64,000 nucleotides of DNA from Chloroflexota bacterium. GTDB taxonomy: Bacteria > Chloroflexota > Dehalococcoidia > Lucifugimonadales > Lucifugimonadaceae. Every line of letters begins with the position of its first letter. The first letter of the stretch is position 1. The stretch spans positions 13,198 to 77,197 of the forward strand of contig JAQBUH010000005.1 in assembly GCA_027624075.1 (NCBI GenBank), in the 5' to 3' direction. Made by a program: the position numbers and the translations under genes. Shown piece after piece: positions 54,339 through 63,576 of the stretch. A model generated the notes under the pieces. It searched no databases. It saw only the letters and a program-made list of their open reading frames with translations, and was not told the origin of the DNA.

Positions 54339-55493
54339 ATGAAGATTGAACAGATAAAGGTAACCGTATTCACGTACACGTCCCACACAGTGAACGACAC
54401 GGACGGCCACACGCACCCCGGCGATCCGCACCCTGCACGGCAGGCGATGCTTACGATCACTGATGACGAGGGCAACAGCGGACACTCGTTCGGGGCGTCT
54501 GAGTCGCTGCGTCCGCATGTGATCGAGACCTATGTGAAGAAGGTCCTGATGGGCGAGGACCCGATGGACCGGGAGAAGCTCTGGCTCGGCCTGGCAAGGT
54601 GGCAGCGCGGCAGCGGGGCGCAGTTGACGGACCGGACGCTGGCGGCTGTTGAGCTCGCCCTGTGGGACCTGGCGGGCAACGCGCTCAAGACGCCTGTGTG
54701 GAAGCTGCTTGGAGGCTACAGGGACAGTGTGCCAGCGTACGGCAGCACCATGTGTGGTGACGAGATGCCGAACGGCCTTGCGACGCCGGAGGACTACGGG
54801 AAGTTCGGAGAATGGCTGATTAACCGCGGCTACAAGGCGATCAAGCTGCACACGTGGATGCCGCCGGTTTCATGGGCGCCCAGCGTCAAGATGGACATCA
54901 AGGCCTGCGCGGCGGTCCGCGAGGCGGTCGGGCCGGATGTTCCCCTCATGCTGGACGCAAACCACTGGTACAGCCGGACCGAGGCGTATGAACTCGGACT
55001 CGGCATCCAGAACCTCAACTACTACTGGTTCGAGGAGCCGATGGACGAGCATTCGACGTCTTCGTATCGCTGGCTGGCAGAGAACCTGGACATCCCGATT
55101 CTCGGGCCGGAGTACGCGGGCGGCAAGTTCCACACCAGGGCGGAGTGGATTGCCGGCGGAGTGTGCGACATTGCCCGGACCGGCGTAATGGACGTTGGCG
55201 GCATTGGCCCGAGCATGAAGATTGCCCATCTTGCGGAGAGTTTCAACATGGATGCTGAGATCCACGGCGGCGGCGCGGGCAACCTGGCTGTGCTCGGCGC
55301 GATAAGCAACGCCCGCTGGTATGAGCGCGGGCTGCTGCACCCGTTCGTCGACTACGACCAGACTCCCGAGTACCTGAACAGCATCGTCGATGAGATGGAC
55401 TCGGACGGCAACATCCACATGCCGAAGACGCCGGGACTCGGCCAGGACATCAACTTCGGCCACATCAAGAACGCAACGGTGAGCGAGCACTGA
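54339..55493 (+). CDS. enolase-superfamily enzyme (mandelate racemase/muconate lactonizing family)
   Basis: MKIEQIKVTVF.., ..ALWDLAGNALKTPVWKLLGG.., ..FEEPM... ATG 54339-54341. Confidence 0.85.
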   Translation: MKIEQIKVTVFTYTSHTVNDTDGHTHPGDPHPARQAMLTITDDEGNSGHSFGASESLRPHVIETYVKKVLMGEDPMDREKLWLGLARWQRGSGAQLTDRTLAAVELALWDLAGNALKTPVWKLLGGYRDSVPAYGSTMCGDEMPNGLATPEDYGKFGEWLINRGYKAIKLHTWMPPVSWAPSVKMDIKACAAVREAVGPDVPLMLDANHWYSRTEAYELGLGIQNLNYYWFEEPMDEHSTSSYRWLAENLDIPILGPEYAGGKFHTRAEWIAGGVCDIARTGVMDVGGIGPSMKIAHLAESFNMDAEIHGGGAGNLAVLGAISNARWYERGLLHPFVDYDQTPEYLNSIVDEMDSDGNIHMPKTPGLGQDINFGHIKNATVSEH

Positions 55494-55540
55494 GGCCGGG
55501 TTGTGCCGACGTTCCGGCTGGGTGCCAAGCCAGCTTCAGA

Positions 55541-56023
55541 CTAAGCGCGTTGCCTGTCGAACACCTGCTTCGCCTCGGTTGCCCGGTCGCCGACGGTTAC
55601 GGTGACGACTGATGGCGGCTCAGCCGGGGCTTCTTGGTGTGGGTGGCTAAATGCAAAGCGCGTGGATATCAGGTTGACGGCGATCGCCGTGACAATGGCG
55701 CCCGCGGCAGCGCTTACAACAGCGGAACCCGCGGCCATCTCCATCGCAATGCGGTCGTCGCCTGTCCACGAGATAGCGATGCTCAGGAAGAACCCTGCCA
55801 GGCCGGAGATAAACCCTCCCGCCAGGAGTCCTTCCACAGTGCGGGCAAGCCTGTCTTCGCCAGACCCGCCGCTCCGCCTGTGCTGCCACACGCGGATCTG
55901 GTCCTCTCGAAATCCCGCCTGCTTCAGGCCGTCAGCGGCGCCGGTCGCCTGCTCGGCCGTCTCGAAGCGTCGTGAAACTGTCAGGCCCCAGGCGTTGCTG
56001 CCCTGTTCGCGCATCTGGCTCAA
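55541..56023 (-). CDS. hypothetical membrane protein (stress-protein-like N-domain plus 2 TM)
   Basis: ..FETAEQATGAADGLKQAGFREDQIRV.. followed by Gly/Ala-rich TM segments. Family not certain. Confidence 0.45.
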   Translation of the reverse strand: MSQMREQGSNAWGLTVSRRFETAEQATGAADGLKQAGFREDQIRVWQHRRSGGSGEDRLARTVEGLLAGGFISGLAGFFLSIAISWTGDDRIAMEMAAGSAVVSAAAGAIVTAIAVNLISTRFAFSHPHQEAPAEPPSVVTVTVGDRATEAKQVFDRQRA

Positions 56024-56200
56024 CCCCTAAATATTGATATCGGCTCGCCCATGCCACGGTGGCAGGGCGCTTTTTGGACTGTGTGAATCGTAGCGCAACC
56101 GGCCGTTCGGCGTCATCTGATTTCCTGTCGCATAGCCTCCGTATGCGTGTGCCTTGCGAATGATTTGACAACGGTCTGCCATCACGAAACTGCAGAACAG

Positions 56201-56228
56201 TTGTCCGGCACGTTTCGGAACGTATAAT
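56201..56228 (+). promoter_or_regulatory. candidate sigma70-type promoter of ilvE
   Basis: TTGTCC (56201-56206), 16-nt spacer, TATAAT (56223-56228). About 95 nt upstream of the ATG. Sequence match only. Confidence 0.35.
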
Positions 56229-56324
56229 TGCTCGGCCGACGGCATCAGACGGTCAGGCAGGACACGCCCGCGGACAGCGCTGGCGTTATCGTGAAGCGGC
56301 GAGATCAACCACGGAGTAACAGCT

Positions 56325-57260
56325 ATGACGCCAGTTGCGTACGCGTTCCTGGGCGGGAAACAGGTCCCTCTTGCGGATGCGAAGGTAGGCGTCATGACCC
56401 ACGCTCTTCACTACGGCACAGCCGTTTTCGAGGGGATCCGCGGGAACTGGAACGAAGCTCACGGCAAGATGTACGTGTTCCGGCTAAGGGAACACTATGA
56501 GCGGCTCCTCCGCGGCTGCCAGATGTTGCGAATCGAGCTTCCGTACGGCGTTGACGAGTTGTGCAAGATCACAACCGAACTCATCGAGCGAAACGGGTAC
56601 AGGCAGGACGTGTACATCCGCCCGCTCGCCTTCAAGGGCCAGCAGGCGGTTGCGAACCTGAAGCTGCACGAGCTCGACAACGAATTCGCCGTCGTTGTGC
56701 TTCCGTTCGGCAACTACATCGCGAGCGACAGGCCGCTCCGTTGCCAGACCTCTTCGTGGCGGCGGCCAGAAGACTCGATGATGCCGACGGGAGTGAAGAT
56801 CACCGGGCTGTACACGACCAGCATCCTCGCCAAGACTGAGGCGGTGACGGCGGGCTATGACGAGGCTGTCCTGCTTAACTGGGACGGCACCGTTTCAGAG
56901 GGCAGCGGCGAGAACCTTTTCATGGTGTCGAACGGCCGGATGTCGACGCCGTCTGAGACCGACAACTGTCTGCTTGGGATCACCCGTGACTCGGTGATCG
57001 AGCTGGCGTCGCGTGAGCTTGGCATGGAGGTTGTGGAGCGGCGAATCCACCGCAGTGAGCTCTACCTGGCAGACGAGGTGTTTCTGACCGGCACAGCGGC
57101 GCATGTCACGCCGATGGGTGAGCTCGACAACCGTAAGATCGGCGATGGTGGAATCGGCCCGGTGACGAGCAAGCTGCAGGAACTCTATTTCGGCGTCGTG
57201 AAGGGTGACAACCCGGCCTATATGAAGTGGTGCACGCCGGTGGCGCCTGGCGGCGGCTAA
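56325..57260 (+). CDS. ilvE: branched-chain amino acid aminotransferase
   Basis: ..HALHYGTAVFEGIRG.., ..TGLYTTSILAKTEA.., class IV fold pattern. Confidence 0.92.
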   Translation: MTPVAYAFLGGKQVPLADAKVGVMTHALHYGTAVFEGIRGNWNEAHGKMYVFRLREHYERLLRGCQMLRIELPYGVDELCKITTELIERNGYRQDVYIRPLAFKGQQAVANLKLHELDNEFAVVVLPFGNYIASDRPLRCQTSSWRRPEDSMMPTGVKITGLYTTSILAKTEAVTAGYDEAVLLNWDGTVSEGSGENLFMVSNGRMSTPSETDNCLLGITRDSVIELASRELGMEVVERRIHRSELYLADEVFLTGTAAHVTPMGELDNRKIGDGGIGPVTSKLQELYFGVVKGDNPAYMKWCTPVAPGGG

Positions 57261-57414
57261 GCCGGGCCAGTGCTAACTCGTCCCCGAAACCCCTTTCTCG
57301 AAGCCGCAGCCTCTGCAACCCTGATAGCTCGACAACACATTGACGACCGGAAAATTGGGACCGTGCAGGGAATGACGCAGGCAGAGGCAATCGAACAGGC
57401 GCCTCAAGACTCAA

Positions 57415-58077
57415 GTGACTCCTGACCCCTCGGATGTGCAGGCGCTCTTTGCGCGCCACTATTTCTACTTTGCGATGCTGGCAACTCTCGGCGCGTTGCA
57501 GATAGCGGTTTCCATTGGCGGATACCCTGGCCTGTGGGTGTTGCCGCACCGGCTTGGCACGCGCATGGCAGGCGCCATCTTGATCATCGCTGGCGCCGCG
57601 CTGTTTTTCATGTTGCCCTTATGGGTCGACGGACCGTGGGCGGCTGGCTCGGTGGAGGCAGACTCATCGACGCGGCAATGGGGCAGGGCGGACTGGGGTG
57701 ACCTGGGCGCGGCGCGGAACGTAAACGATATCGACGGCGGTCTCTCAGGGACCGGCCAGGCGACGTGGTTCCCCCTTGCCGCTCTGATCGCGTTCTGTGT
57801 TTCGATAACTGCCGGCGCGGCTAACAGGAGGCTGTTCCCTGCGCGAATGGCGCGAATGACTCCGATATCTCCCGGAACAGACGCGTCTGAGGGCATTGAC
57901 GATGAAGACGGCATTGCGCTCTTGCGTCGGCGGTCCTATCCCGGCGCGCTCAAAACTTCCTGGCGACGTTTCAGGCGGGAGCTCCCCGCAGACGCCATGA
58001 CATTGCTGGCCCAGGCGGACCGTTGGAGCGTTGCGTTCCAGGTGTGGCACTGGGTCCTCAGGAGGAAGAGCCGGTGA
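57415..58077 (+). CDS. hypothetical membrane protein
   Basis: 4 predicted TM segments. Stop overlaps the start of the next gene (GTGA). No family recognised. Confidence 0.5.
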   Translation: MTPDPSDVQALFARHYFYFAMLATLGALQIAVSIGGYPGLWVLPHRLGTRMAGAILIIAGAALFFMLPLWVDGPWAAGSVEADSSTRQWGRADWGDLGAARNVNDIDGGLSGTGQATWFPLAALIAFCVSITAGAANRRLFPARMARMTPISPGTDASEGIDDEDGIALLRRRSYPGALKTSWRRFRRELPADAMTLLAQADRWSVAFQVWHWVLRRKSR

Positions 58078-58658
58078 ACCCGATCGACAGAGAGGTTGTC
58101 ATCTGGCTCAACGGCCTCTCAGGCAACGTTGCGCTGATCGATGACCTGGCGCGGGTGATCGCAACCGATTACCTGATGCCTCTCGTCTTTTCACTGGCGA
58201 TGTTCGGCATGTGGTTCGCAGGCCGCAGCTCGGGTGAGCGTCTCCGGTTTCAACACTGGGTGCTGATCGGCATCAGCTCGATCGGCCTCTCGAACGTTAG
58301 CGTTGTGCTGATCAACCTGGCGTGGGAGCGCACCAGGCCGTATGCGGTGCTCGATGAGATCGAGCTGCTCTTCTACCGCGCCACTGACCCGTCATTTCCG
58401 GCCAACCCGGTTGCCATCGGGTTTGCCGCAGGCGCCGCGGCGTGGATGGCAAACCGGAAGTTCGGGTACTGGCTGTTCGGGGCGGCGCTTGTCTACGGGC
58501 TCTCTCGAGTGTATGCCGGAGTCTTCTATCCCACAGATGTCCTCGGCGGCGCAGTCGTCGGCGTATTGACCACATGGGGGACCACGTACTTGCACCGTCT
58601 GTTCCAGCCTGTGACCAATCTGTTCGTCAGACTGACCCGAGGCCTGGCGCTCGGGTAG
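58074..58658 (+). CDS. PAP2-superfamily membrane protein with degenerate catalytic motifs
   Basis: PAP2 topology and spacing: ..NLAWERTRPY.., ..SFPANPVAIG.., ..SRVYAGVFYPTDVLGG... GTG 58074 follows AGGAGG. Confidence 0.65.
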   Translation: MNPIDREVVIWLNGLSGNVALIDDLARVIATDYLMPLVFSLAMFGMWFAGRSSGERLRFQHWVLIGISSIGLSNVSVVLINLAWERTRPYAVLDEIELLFYRATDPSFPANPVAIGFAAGAAAWMANRKFGYWLFGAALVYGLSRVYAGVFYPTDVLGGAVVGVLTTWGTTYLHRLFQPVTNLFVRLTRGLALG

Positions 58659-58672
58659 AGACTGCGGTCAGC

Positions 58673-59512
58673 TCATGGGCGGCCCTGGCTTTTCCGGCCG
58701 CGCAGGATCCCTGGCGCAGGGATTCTCCACCAGCGCCTGCCGCTGGACTCGGAGTCGTCGAAGTCAGGCTCGGATTCAGGTGAGTGGCCCTGCAAGATCA
58801 TCCTGGGCTGCTCTTCCAGCAGGCGAATGGCGGTCGCCTCATCCGTCGCACGCTCGACCCACCTGAAGGCACGCCGGAGTCCGGGAGGGCGCGACCCATC
58901 GAGCGAGTGCATGTCTGACACAACAGCGTGGGCCAGATGTTGCTGCACCATCCGGAGCGCTGCACGCTGCGAATCTTTGCCGAACTGCCCTGTGATGCTG
59001 CCAGCGGTCACAACGAACAGCGTGCCTTCCTCGATCATCGCCCGCATGCGGCCCAGGTCCCGCCGTAAGACAGCGTTGCGTTCCGGCCGCGCCAGGACGG
59101 GGATCAGCCGTTTCATGCGCAACCTGGCAAGTACATCGCCGACGAAGTCAGGCAGTGTGGCGAACGGCGTCGAGAGCAGCACAAAGCGCGAGCCATTCAG
59201 GGTCAGTTGATCGCCCGCCTCAATCATGTCCGGCAGCGCAGGGGTGATCCGGTTTTCCATTCCAGGGACCACCCTTACAAGCGGCGCGCCGTCCGCAGCC
59301 TCTCGCCTGAGGCGTGAGTTCAAGTCCGCGAGAAGTTGCCGGACAGTATCGAGACTGGAGTTGAGCTGCACGTCGCCGTGGTGCGGTGTTGAGACGAGGG
59401 TGGCTGCGCCGTCTGCCGCAGACACCTGGGCCATCCGGACGCTCTGGTCCATCGTCGCCGGGCCGTCGTCTGTGCCGGGCAGGATGTGGGTCAGCAGATC
59501 GATATAAGGCAT
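58673..59512 (-). CDS. CpsB/YwqE-like PHP-domain phosphatase
   Basis: MPYIDLLTHILPGTDDGPATMDQSVRMAQ..LVSTPHH.. aligns with MIDIHxHILPGxDDG. Confidence 0.7.
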   Translation of the reverse strand: MPYIDLLTHILPGTDDGPATMDQSVRMAQVSAADGAATLVSTPHHGDVQLNSSLDTVRQLLADLNSRLRREAADGAPLVRVVPGMENRITPALPDMIEAGDQLTLNGSRFVLLSTPFATLPDFVGDVLARLRMKRLIPVLARPERNAVLRRDLGRMRAMIEEGTLFVVTAGSITGQFGKDSQRAALRMVQQHLAHAVVSDMHSLDGSRPPGLRRAFRWVERATDEATAIRLLEEQPRMILQGHSPESEPDFDDSESSGRRWWRIPAPGILRGRKSQGRP

Positions 59513-59527
59513 TTCAGCACATCATCG

Positions 59528-60328
59528 TCATCGTCTCGCAGTGAGTCTGCGGAAAGTTTCTGCGTACTCAAACTCATATCCTGCGGCAGCGTCTTTCGCC
59601 CTCGTGCGTAACCTGGTTGCCGCGTCTGTGTTCGTTGCGAGCCCCCCGATCTGGCTTTCGTGCTTGAACAGCGCCTCGACCTTGATCTCAAGAGAGTCCG
59701 TGACATCGACTATTACGTCCGGTTGGTCCGTGCCCCACATAAACAGGTGTTTCACCTTCCATGTCTCAAGTCCCTCCGCCGTTATCTGGTCGGGGAAGTG
59801 GAGATGGTCACGGGCATAAGGGTAGATGGCGTCTTTCGCCGTGATTCCAACCGCCCTGTGGTCCCTGTGGTTGAATCCTGAGTAACGCTCCGGGTCATGG
59901 GCGAACACAACGTCCGGCCTGTGTCTGCGGATCACGCGGACCAGTTCTTCCAGGAACACGCGGTCAGGGTCCAGCCATCCGTCCTGGTGGTCCAGCACCT
60001 CGATGCTCTTGACTCCAATGGTGTCAGCGGCCGCCTTTTGCTCAGCGGCGCGAATGGGGACGATGGCCGCTGTAGTCATCGATCTGTCATTGCTGCCGCT
60101 TGATCCGGTTGTGCACTGAACATAGGTGATCTCGCAACCTGCCCGTGCCCACTTTGCCACCGTGGCCCCCGCCCCGATCTCTGCGTCGTCCGGATGGGCA
60201 AAGATCACCATCGCCCTTTCCGGCGCCTCGGTAATCAGCTCCAAACCGGCGCCATGTTGGGCGCTGGCATCGCCGGCCATGGCCGCACGGGCGGCTCCGG
60301 CACCCATTCCGCCAGGTTGCTGTGTCAT
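59528..60328 (-). CDS. PIG-L/LmbE family deacetylase
   Basis: ..[21 protein letters not shown].., ..HRDHRAVG... Confidence 0.8.
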   Translation of the reverse strand: MTQQPGGMGAGAARAAMAGDASAQHGAGLELITEAPERAMVIFAHPDDAEIGAGATVAKWARAGCEITYVQCTTGSSGSNDRSMTTAAIVPIRAAEQKAAADTIGVKSIEVLDHQDGWLDPDRVFLEELVRVIRRHRPDVVFAHDPERYSGFNHRDHRAVGITAKDAIYPYARDHLHFPDQITAEGLETWKVKHLFMWGTDQPDVIVDVTDSLEIKVEALFKHESQIGGLATNTDAATRLRTRAKDAAAGYEFEYAETFRRLTARR

Positions 60329-60588
60329 CTGTCTCCCGTGGTGTGACCCTGTGTTGCCGTCGCCGCGTAATCCCGTGGCTCTGGGCGTTGAGAATAGCGT
60401 ACCTGTCCCGCGCGCAGGGCTGCGCCGGGCTGTTCCGGCACATCACCCGGCAGCGGGTGGCCCGCGCCTTTCACGGCATCCGGCCCACGGTTTGCGCGAT
60501 AGACTGGCAGACTGCCGGACCGTCTATCCGAGTGGCCTGCCCGAAGGCCGGCCCAACTCGTGACCAATTCGTAATAGGTGAGTGTGAC

Positions 60589-61845
60589 ATGGCTGTACCG
60601 CACGCGTTAGCGGCGAACGACCCCGAAATAGCTCGAGTCGTGGAGAGCGAAGAGCGAAGACTGCGCGAGAACATCGTGCTTATCGCCTCGGAGAACTACG
60701 CCAGCGCCGCAGTGCTTCAGGCCACAGGCTCCGTGTTGACCAACAAGTACGCCGAAGGTTATCCGGGAAGGCGCTACTATGCCGGCACCGAAAATGTGGA
60801 CACTGCGGAGACGCTGGCCATCGAGCGGGCGAGGGAGCTGTTTGGCGCCGAGCATGTGAACGTCCAGCCGCACAGCGGGTCGCAGGCGAACATGGCTGCG
60901 TATTTTGCGGTGCTAAAACCCGGCGACCGTGTGCTCGGCATGTCGCTGGACCATGGCGGACACCTCACGCACGGCTCTCCGGTCAACTTCTCCGGAAAGC
61001 TGTTCGAGTTCAACCACTACGGCGTGGACAGTGAGAGCGAACAACTGGACTACGACGCTGTCGCCGATGTGGCCCGGTCGTTCAAGCCGAAGATGATCGT
61101 TTGCGGCTATACGGCGTATCCGCGGACTATCGATTTCGCCCGCTTCAGAGAGATTGCAGACGAGGTCGGCGCGTACCTGCTGGCGGACATGGCGCATATA
61201 GCGGGACTGGTTGCTGGCGGGGCGCACCCCTCACCGGTGCCGCACTCGCACATCGTCACGAGCACAACGCACAAGACGCTGCGGGGGCCGCGCGGCGCCA
61301 TGGCCCTGACGACCGCCGACCTTGCCCGGAAGTACAACTCAGCCGTGTTCCCGAACATGCAGGGCGGGCCGATGATGCACTCGATAGCGGCGAAGGCGGT
61401 TGCGTATAAAGAGGCGGCGCAGCCCTCATTCAGGCAGTACGCGTCTGCGATAGTCCAGAACGCCCAGTCGCTGGCGAGCGCGCTGACGGCCGGCGGTCTC
61501 CGCATCGTCTCCGGGGGAACGGACAACCACCTGATGCTCGTTGACGTCCGTCCGCTTGGTCTCACAGGGAAGGAAGCCGAGACAGCGCTGCACTCGGCAG
61601 GGATCGTGGTCAACAAGAACACGATTCCAAACGACCCTGAGTCGCCGATGGTGACGAGCGGTGTGCGGATCGGCACGCCCGCAGTCACCTCACGCAACAT
61701 GACTACGGCCGACATGGAGACCGTGGCCGGATACATCCTGGACGCGGTCAAGTCAGCGGGTGACGACGCCGCGCTAAAGGCGCTGAAGGTTGCCGTGGCA
61801 AGGTTCGCGTCGCAGTTCCATGTGCCCGGACTGGACGACGTGTAG
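60589..61845 (+). CDS. glyA: serine hydroxymethyltransferase
   Basis: ..LIASENY.., ..[14 protein letters not shown].., ..[14 protein letters not shown]... ATG 60589-60591. Confidence 0.96.
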   Translation: MAVPHALAANDPEIARVVESEERRLRENIVLIASENYASAAVLQATGSVLTNKYAEGYPGRRYYAGTENVDTAETLAIERARELFGAEHVNVQPHSGSQANMAAYFAVLKPGDRVLGMSLDHGGHLTHGSPVNFSGKLFEFNHYGVDSESEQLDYDAVADVARSFKPKMIVCGYTAYPRTIDFARFREIADEVGAYLLADMAHIAGLVAGGAHPSPVPHSHIVTSTTHKTLRGPRGAMALTTADLARKYNSAVFPNMQGGPMMHSIAAKAVAYKEAAQPSFRQYASAIVQNAQSLASALTAGGLRIVSGGTDNHLMLVDVRPLGLTGKEAETALHSAGIVVNKNTIPNDPESPMVTSGVRIGTPAVTSRNMTTADMETVAGYILDAVKSAGDDAALKALKVAVARFASQFHVPGLDDV

Positions 61846-61912
61846 GGCAGATAACGGCGCGACCGGCAGTTTTGTATTGCCGGACAGCGCAGTGAATTGA
61901 TGCGCGACTGCG

Positions 61913-61921
61913 TGCTATAAT
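61913..61921 (+). promoter_or_regulatory. candidate extended -10 element (TGCTATAAT) upstream of rpsF
   Basis: Perfect TATAAT preceded by TGn, 65 nt before the rpsF TTG start. No good -35. Sequence match only. Confidence 0.3.
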
Positions 61922-61985
61922 TCTGCGGTTGTGCCAGCATGCCGGACTGCGGCGCCTTCGATCTTAGGGAAATTGGTAAAGAGAT

Positions 61986-62297
61986 TTGCGCGACTACGAA
62001 CTGATGTGGATCCTGCCGGGCGAGTCGTCTGAAGAAGACGGCAAGAAGTCCGTTGAGGTGATTTCAGCCCTTGTCACCGAAAAGGGCGGTAAGGTGAAGT
62101 CTTCCGGGCTGTGGGGTCGCCGGACTCTGTCATACCCGATCAAGAAAAGCAGCGAAGGGGCGTATTATCTGGCTCGGTTCAGTGTGGATGCCACGGCTGC
62201 GCCCGATCTTAATCGTGCGATGGAGGCCGACCAGGGCGTCCTCCGCCATCTTCTCGTAAAGGAAGAGCGGAAGAAGGCTGTAAAGGCCGAGAGCTGA
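61986..62297 (+). CDS. rpsF: 30S ribosomal protein S6
   Basis: (M)RDYELMWILPGE.., ..WGRRTLSYPIKK... TTG start. Confidence 0.9.
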   Translation: MRDYELMWILPGESSEEDGKKSVEVISALVTEKGGKVKSSGLWGRRTLSYPIKKSSEGAYYLARFSVDATAAPDLNRAMEADQGVLRHLLVKEERKKAVKAES

Positions 62298-62336
62298 GCC
62301 CCCGTTGACCTGGTATTTATTGCAGGGGGAACACAG

Positions 62337-62780
62337 ATGAGCCTCAACCAGATACTTCTTATTGGCCGCGCGGGGACAGATCCCCAGATGCGGTACACGC
62401 CGAGCGGCACCGCCGTGACTGATTTTCGCCTGGCGGTGAACAACCCTTCCCGGGGCCAGGACGGCGAATGGAAGGACAACACGGAATGGTTCACGGTTAC
62501 CGCCTGGGACAAACAGGCGGAGTCAGTCAACCAGTATCTGGCGAAGGGCCGCCGGGTATTTGTCGAGGGCAGGTTGAGCACGAACACCTTTACTGGCAAT
62601 GATGGCCAGCAGAGGACGAGCCTGGAGATTCGGGCGTTCAGGGTTATCTTCCTGGACCGGCCTGAGGTTCAGGGTGATGATTCCAATGCTCCATCACCGG
62701 GCCGGGGCGCCGTTGGCCCTTCCGGGAACGGTGGGGAGCCAGCAAGTTCTGCGGAAGACGTGGAGGAGCTGCCCTGGTAG
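62337..62780 (+). CDS. ssb: single-stranded DNA-binding protein
   Basis: MSLNQILLIGRAGTDPQMRYTPSGTAV..F.LAVN.., Gly-rich linker, acidic tip ..EELPW. Confidence 0.93.
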   Translation: MSLNQILLIGRAGTDPQMRYTPSGTAVTDFRLAVNNPSRGQDGEWKDNTEWFTVTAWDKQAESVNQYLAKGRRVFVEGRLSTNTFTGNDGQQRTSLEIRAFRVIFLDRPEVQGDDSNAPSPGRGAVGPSGNGGEPASSAEDVEELPW

Positions 62781-62831
62781 CAGTTCCCGTTCTGCGCAAC
62801 TGGCGCAGACGTCCGTTCCACAAGGAGAAAC

Positions 62832-63464
62832 ATGACGACATCGCAGGGTAGAGATTTCCGTGGCGGCGGTGGCCGAGACGGTGGCAGGGACGGTGGCGGC
62901 AGGGACGGCGGGCGTGATGGTGGCGGTGGGAGAGACGGCGGTGGCCGGCCACCTACACGAAGGTTCACAAGCCGGCGTCGCAGGCAGTGTGTCTGTAAGG
63001 AAGTCGGCACAATCAGCTACAAGGACGTCTCGGTCCTCAGGCGGTTCATCACTGACCGCGGCCGCATCGAGTCGGGTCGAAAGTCTGGCAACTGCGCCAA
63101 GTGCCAGCGAGAACTCGGCACCGCTATTTCACGCGCACGCTTTCTCGCGCTGCTTCCGTACGCTCCCAATCACCTCAGAGTCACCGGCACGATTTCGCCG
63201 GCGGCCGCGCCTGCCTCCGAAGCCGGGCCTGAGACGGATGACTCTGCCGATGAGACGGCGACCGCCGAGGTTTTGGACGAAGAAACCGAGGTCGCAGTTG
63301 AGGCTGACGCAGGCGGCGAGGCTGAATTCGTAGACGATGAGCCGGGGGACGAATCCGACGAGACCTCGGCGAGCGTTGAATCTTCTGAGGACGAGTCAGG
63401 TTCCGAAGAGGCTGACGCAGCCGACGAGCCTGAGGATTCTGAAGAGGCCGAAGAGAAGAGCTAG
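62832..63464 (+). CDS. rpsR: 30S ribosomal protein S18 with N-terminal GGRD repeats and long acidic C-terminal extension
   Basis: S18 core ..ISYKDVSVLRRFITDRGRIESGRKSGNCAKCQRELGTAISRARFLALLPY.. at about aa 60-120, within a 210-aa ORF. Confidence 0.85.
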   Translation: MTTSQGRDFRGGGGRDGGRDGGGRDGGRDGGGGRDGGGRPPTRRFTSRRRRQCVCKEVGTISYKDVSVLRRFITDRGRIESGRKSGNCAKCQRELGTAISRARFLALLPYAPNHLRVTGTISPAAAPASEAGPETDDSADETATAEVLDEETEVAVEADAGGEAEFVDDEPGDESDETSASVESSEDESGSEEADAADEPEDSEEAEEKS

Positions 63465-63576
63465 TCCCTCGCCAGGCTAGTAGCCGAGCGATATTGACGG
63501 TAGCAGACCGTTAATGGTCCGCCGTCCGATTCGCGAACACTTCTACAGTAAATAACGACGGCGAACTGTTCAAAAT

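Noticed and set aside
60329-60588. ZTP (pfl) or THF riboswitch in the 260-nt glyA leader. It contains GACTGGC and a 7-bp hairpin (GATAGAC...GTCTATC) around 60497-60530.
   Set aside because: The 3' pseudoknot element (about CCGCCTGGGC) and the other conserved pfl positions are not present as far as I can see. It is only a partial match to a short word. An Rfam scan would settle it.
11225-61845. Long N-terminal extensions given by the ORF track for nudC, FGE, lysA, mazG, the Mo-hydroxylase, the DUF385 protein, both SDRs, recG, rpe, two enolase-family genes and glyA.
   Set aside because: The extensions are low-complexity, often overlap the upstream gene, and precede an internal start where the conserved family N-terminus begins. 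Shorter starts were chosen. Exact starts remain uncertain by a few codons.
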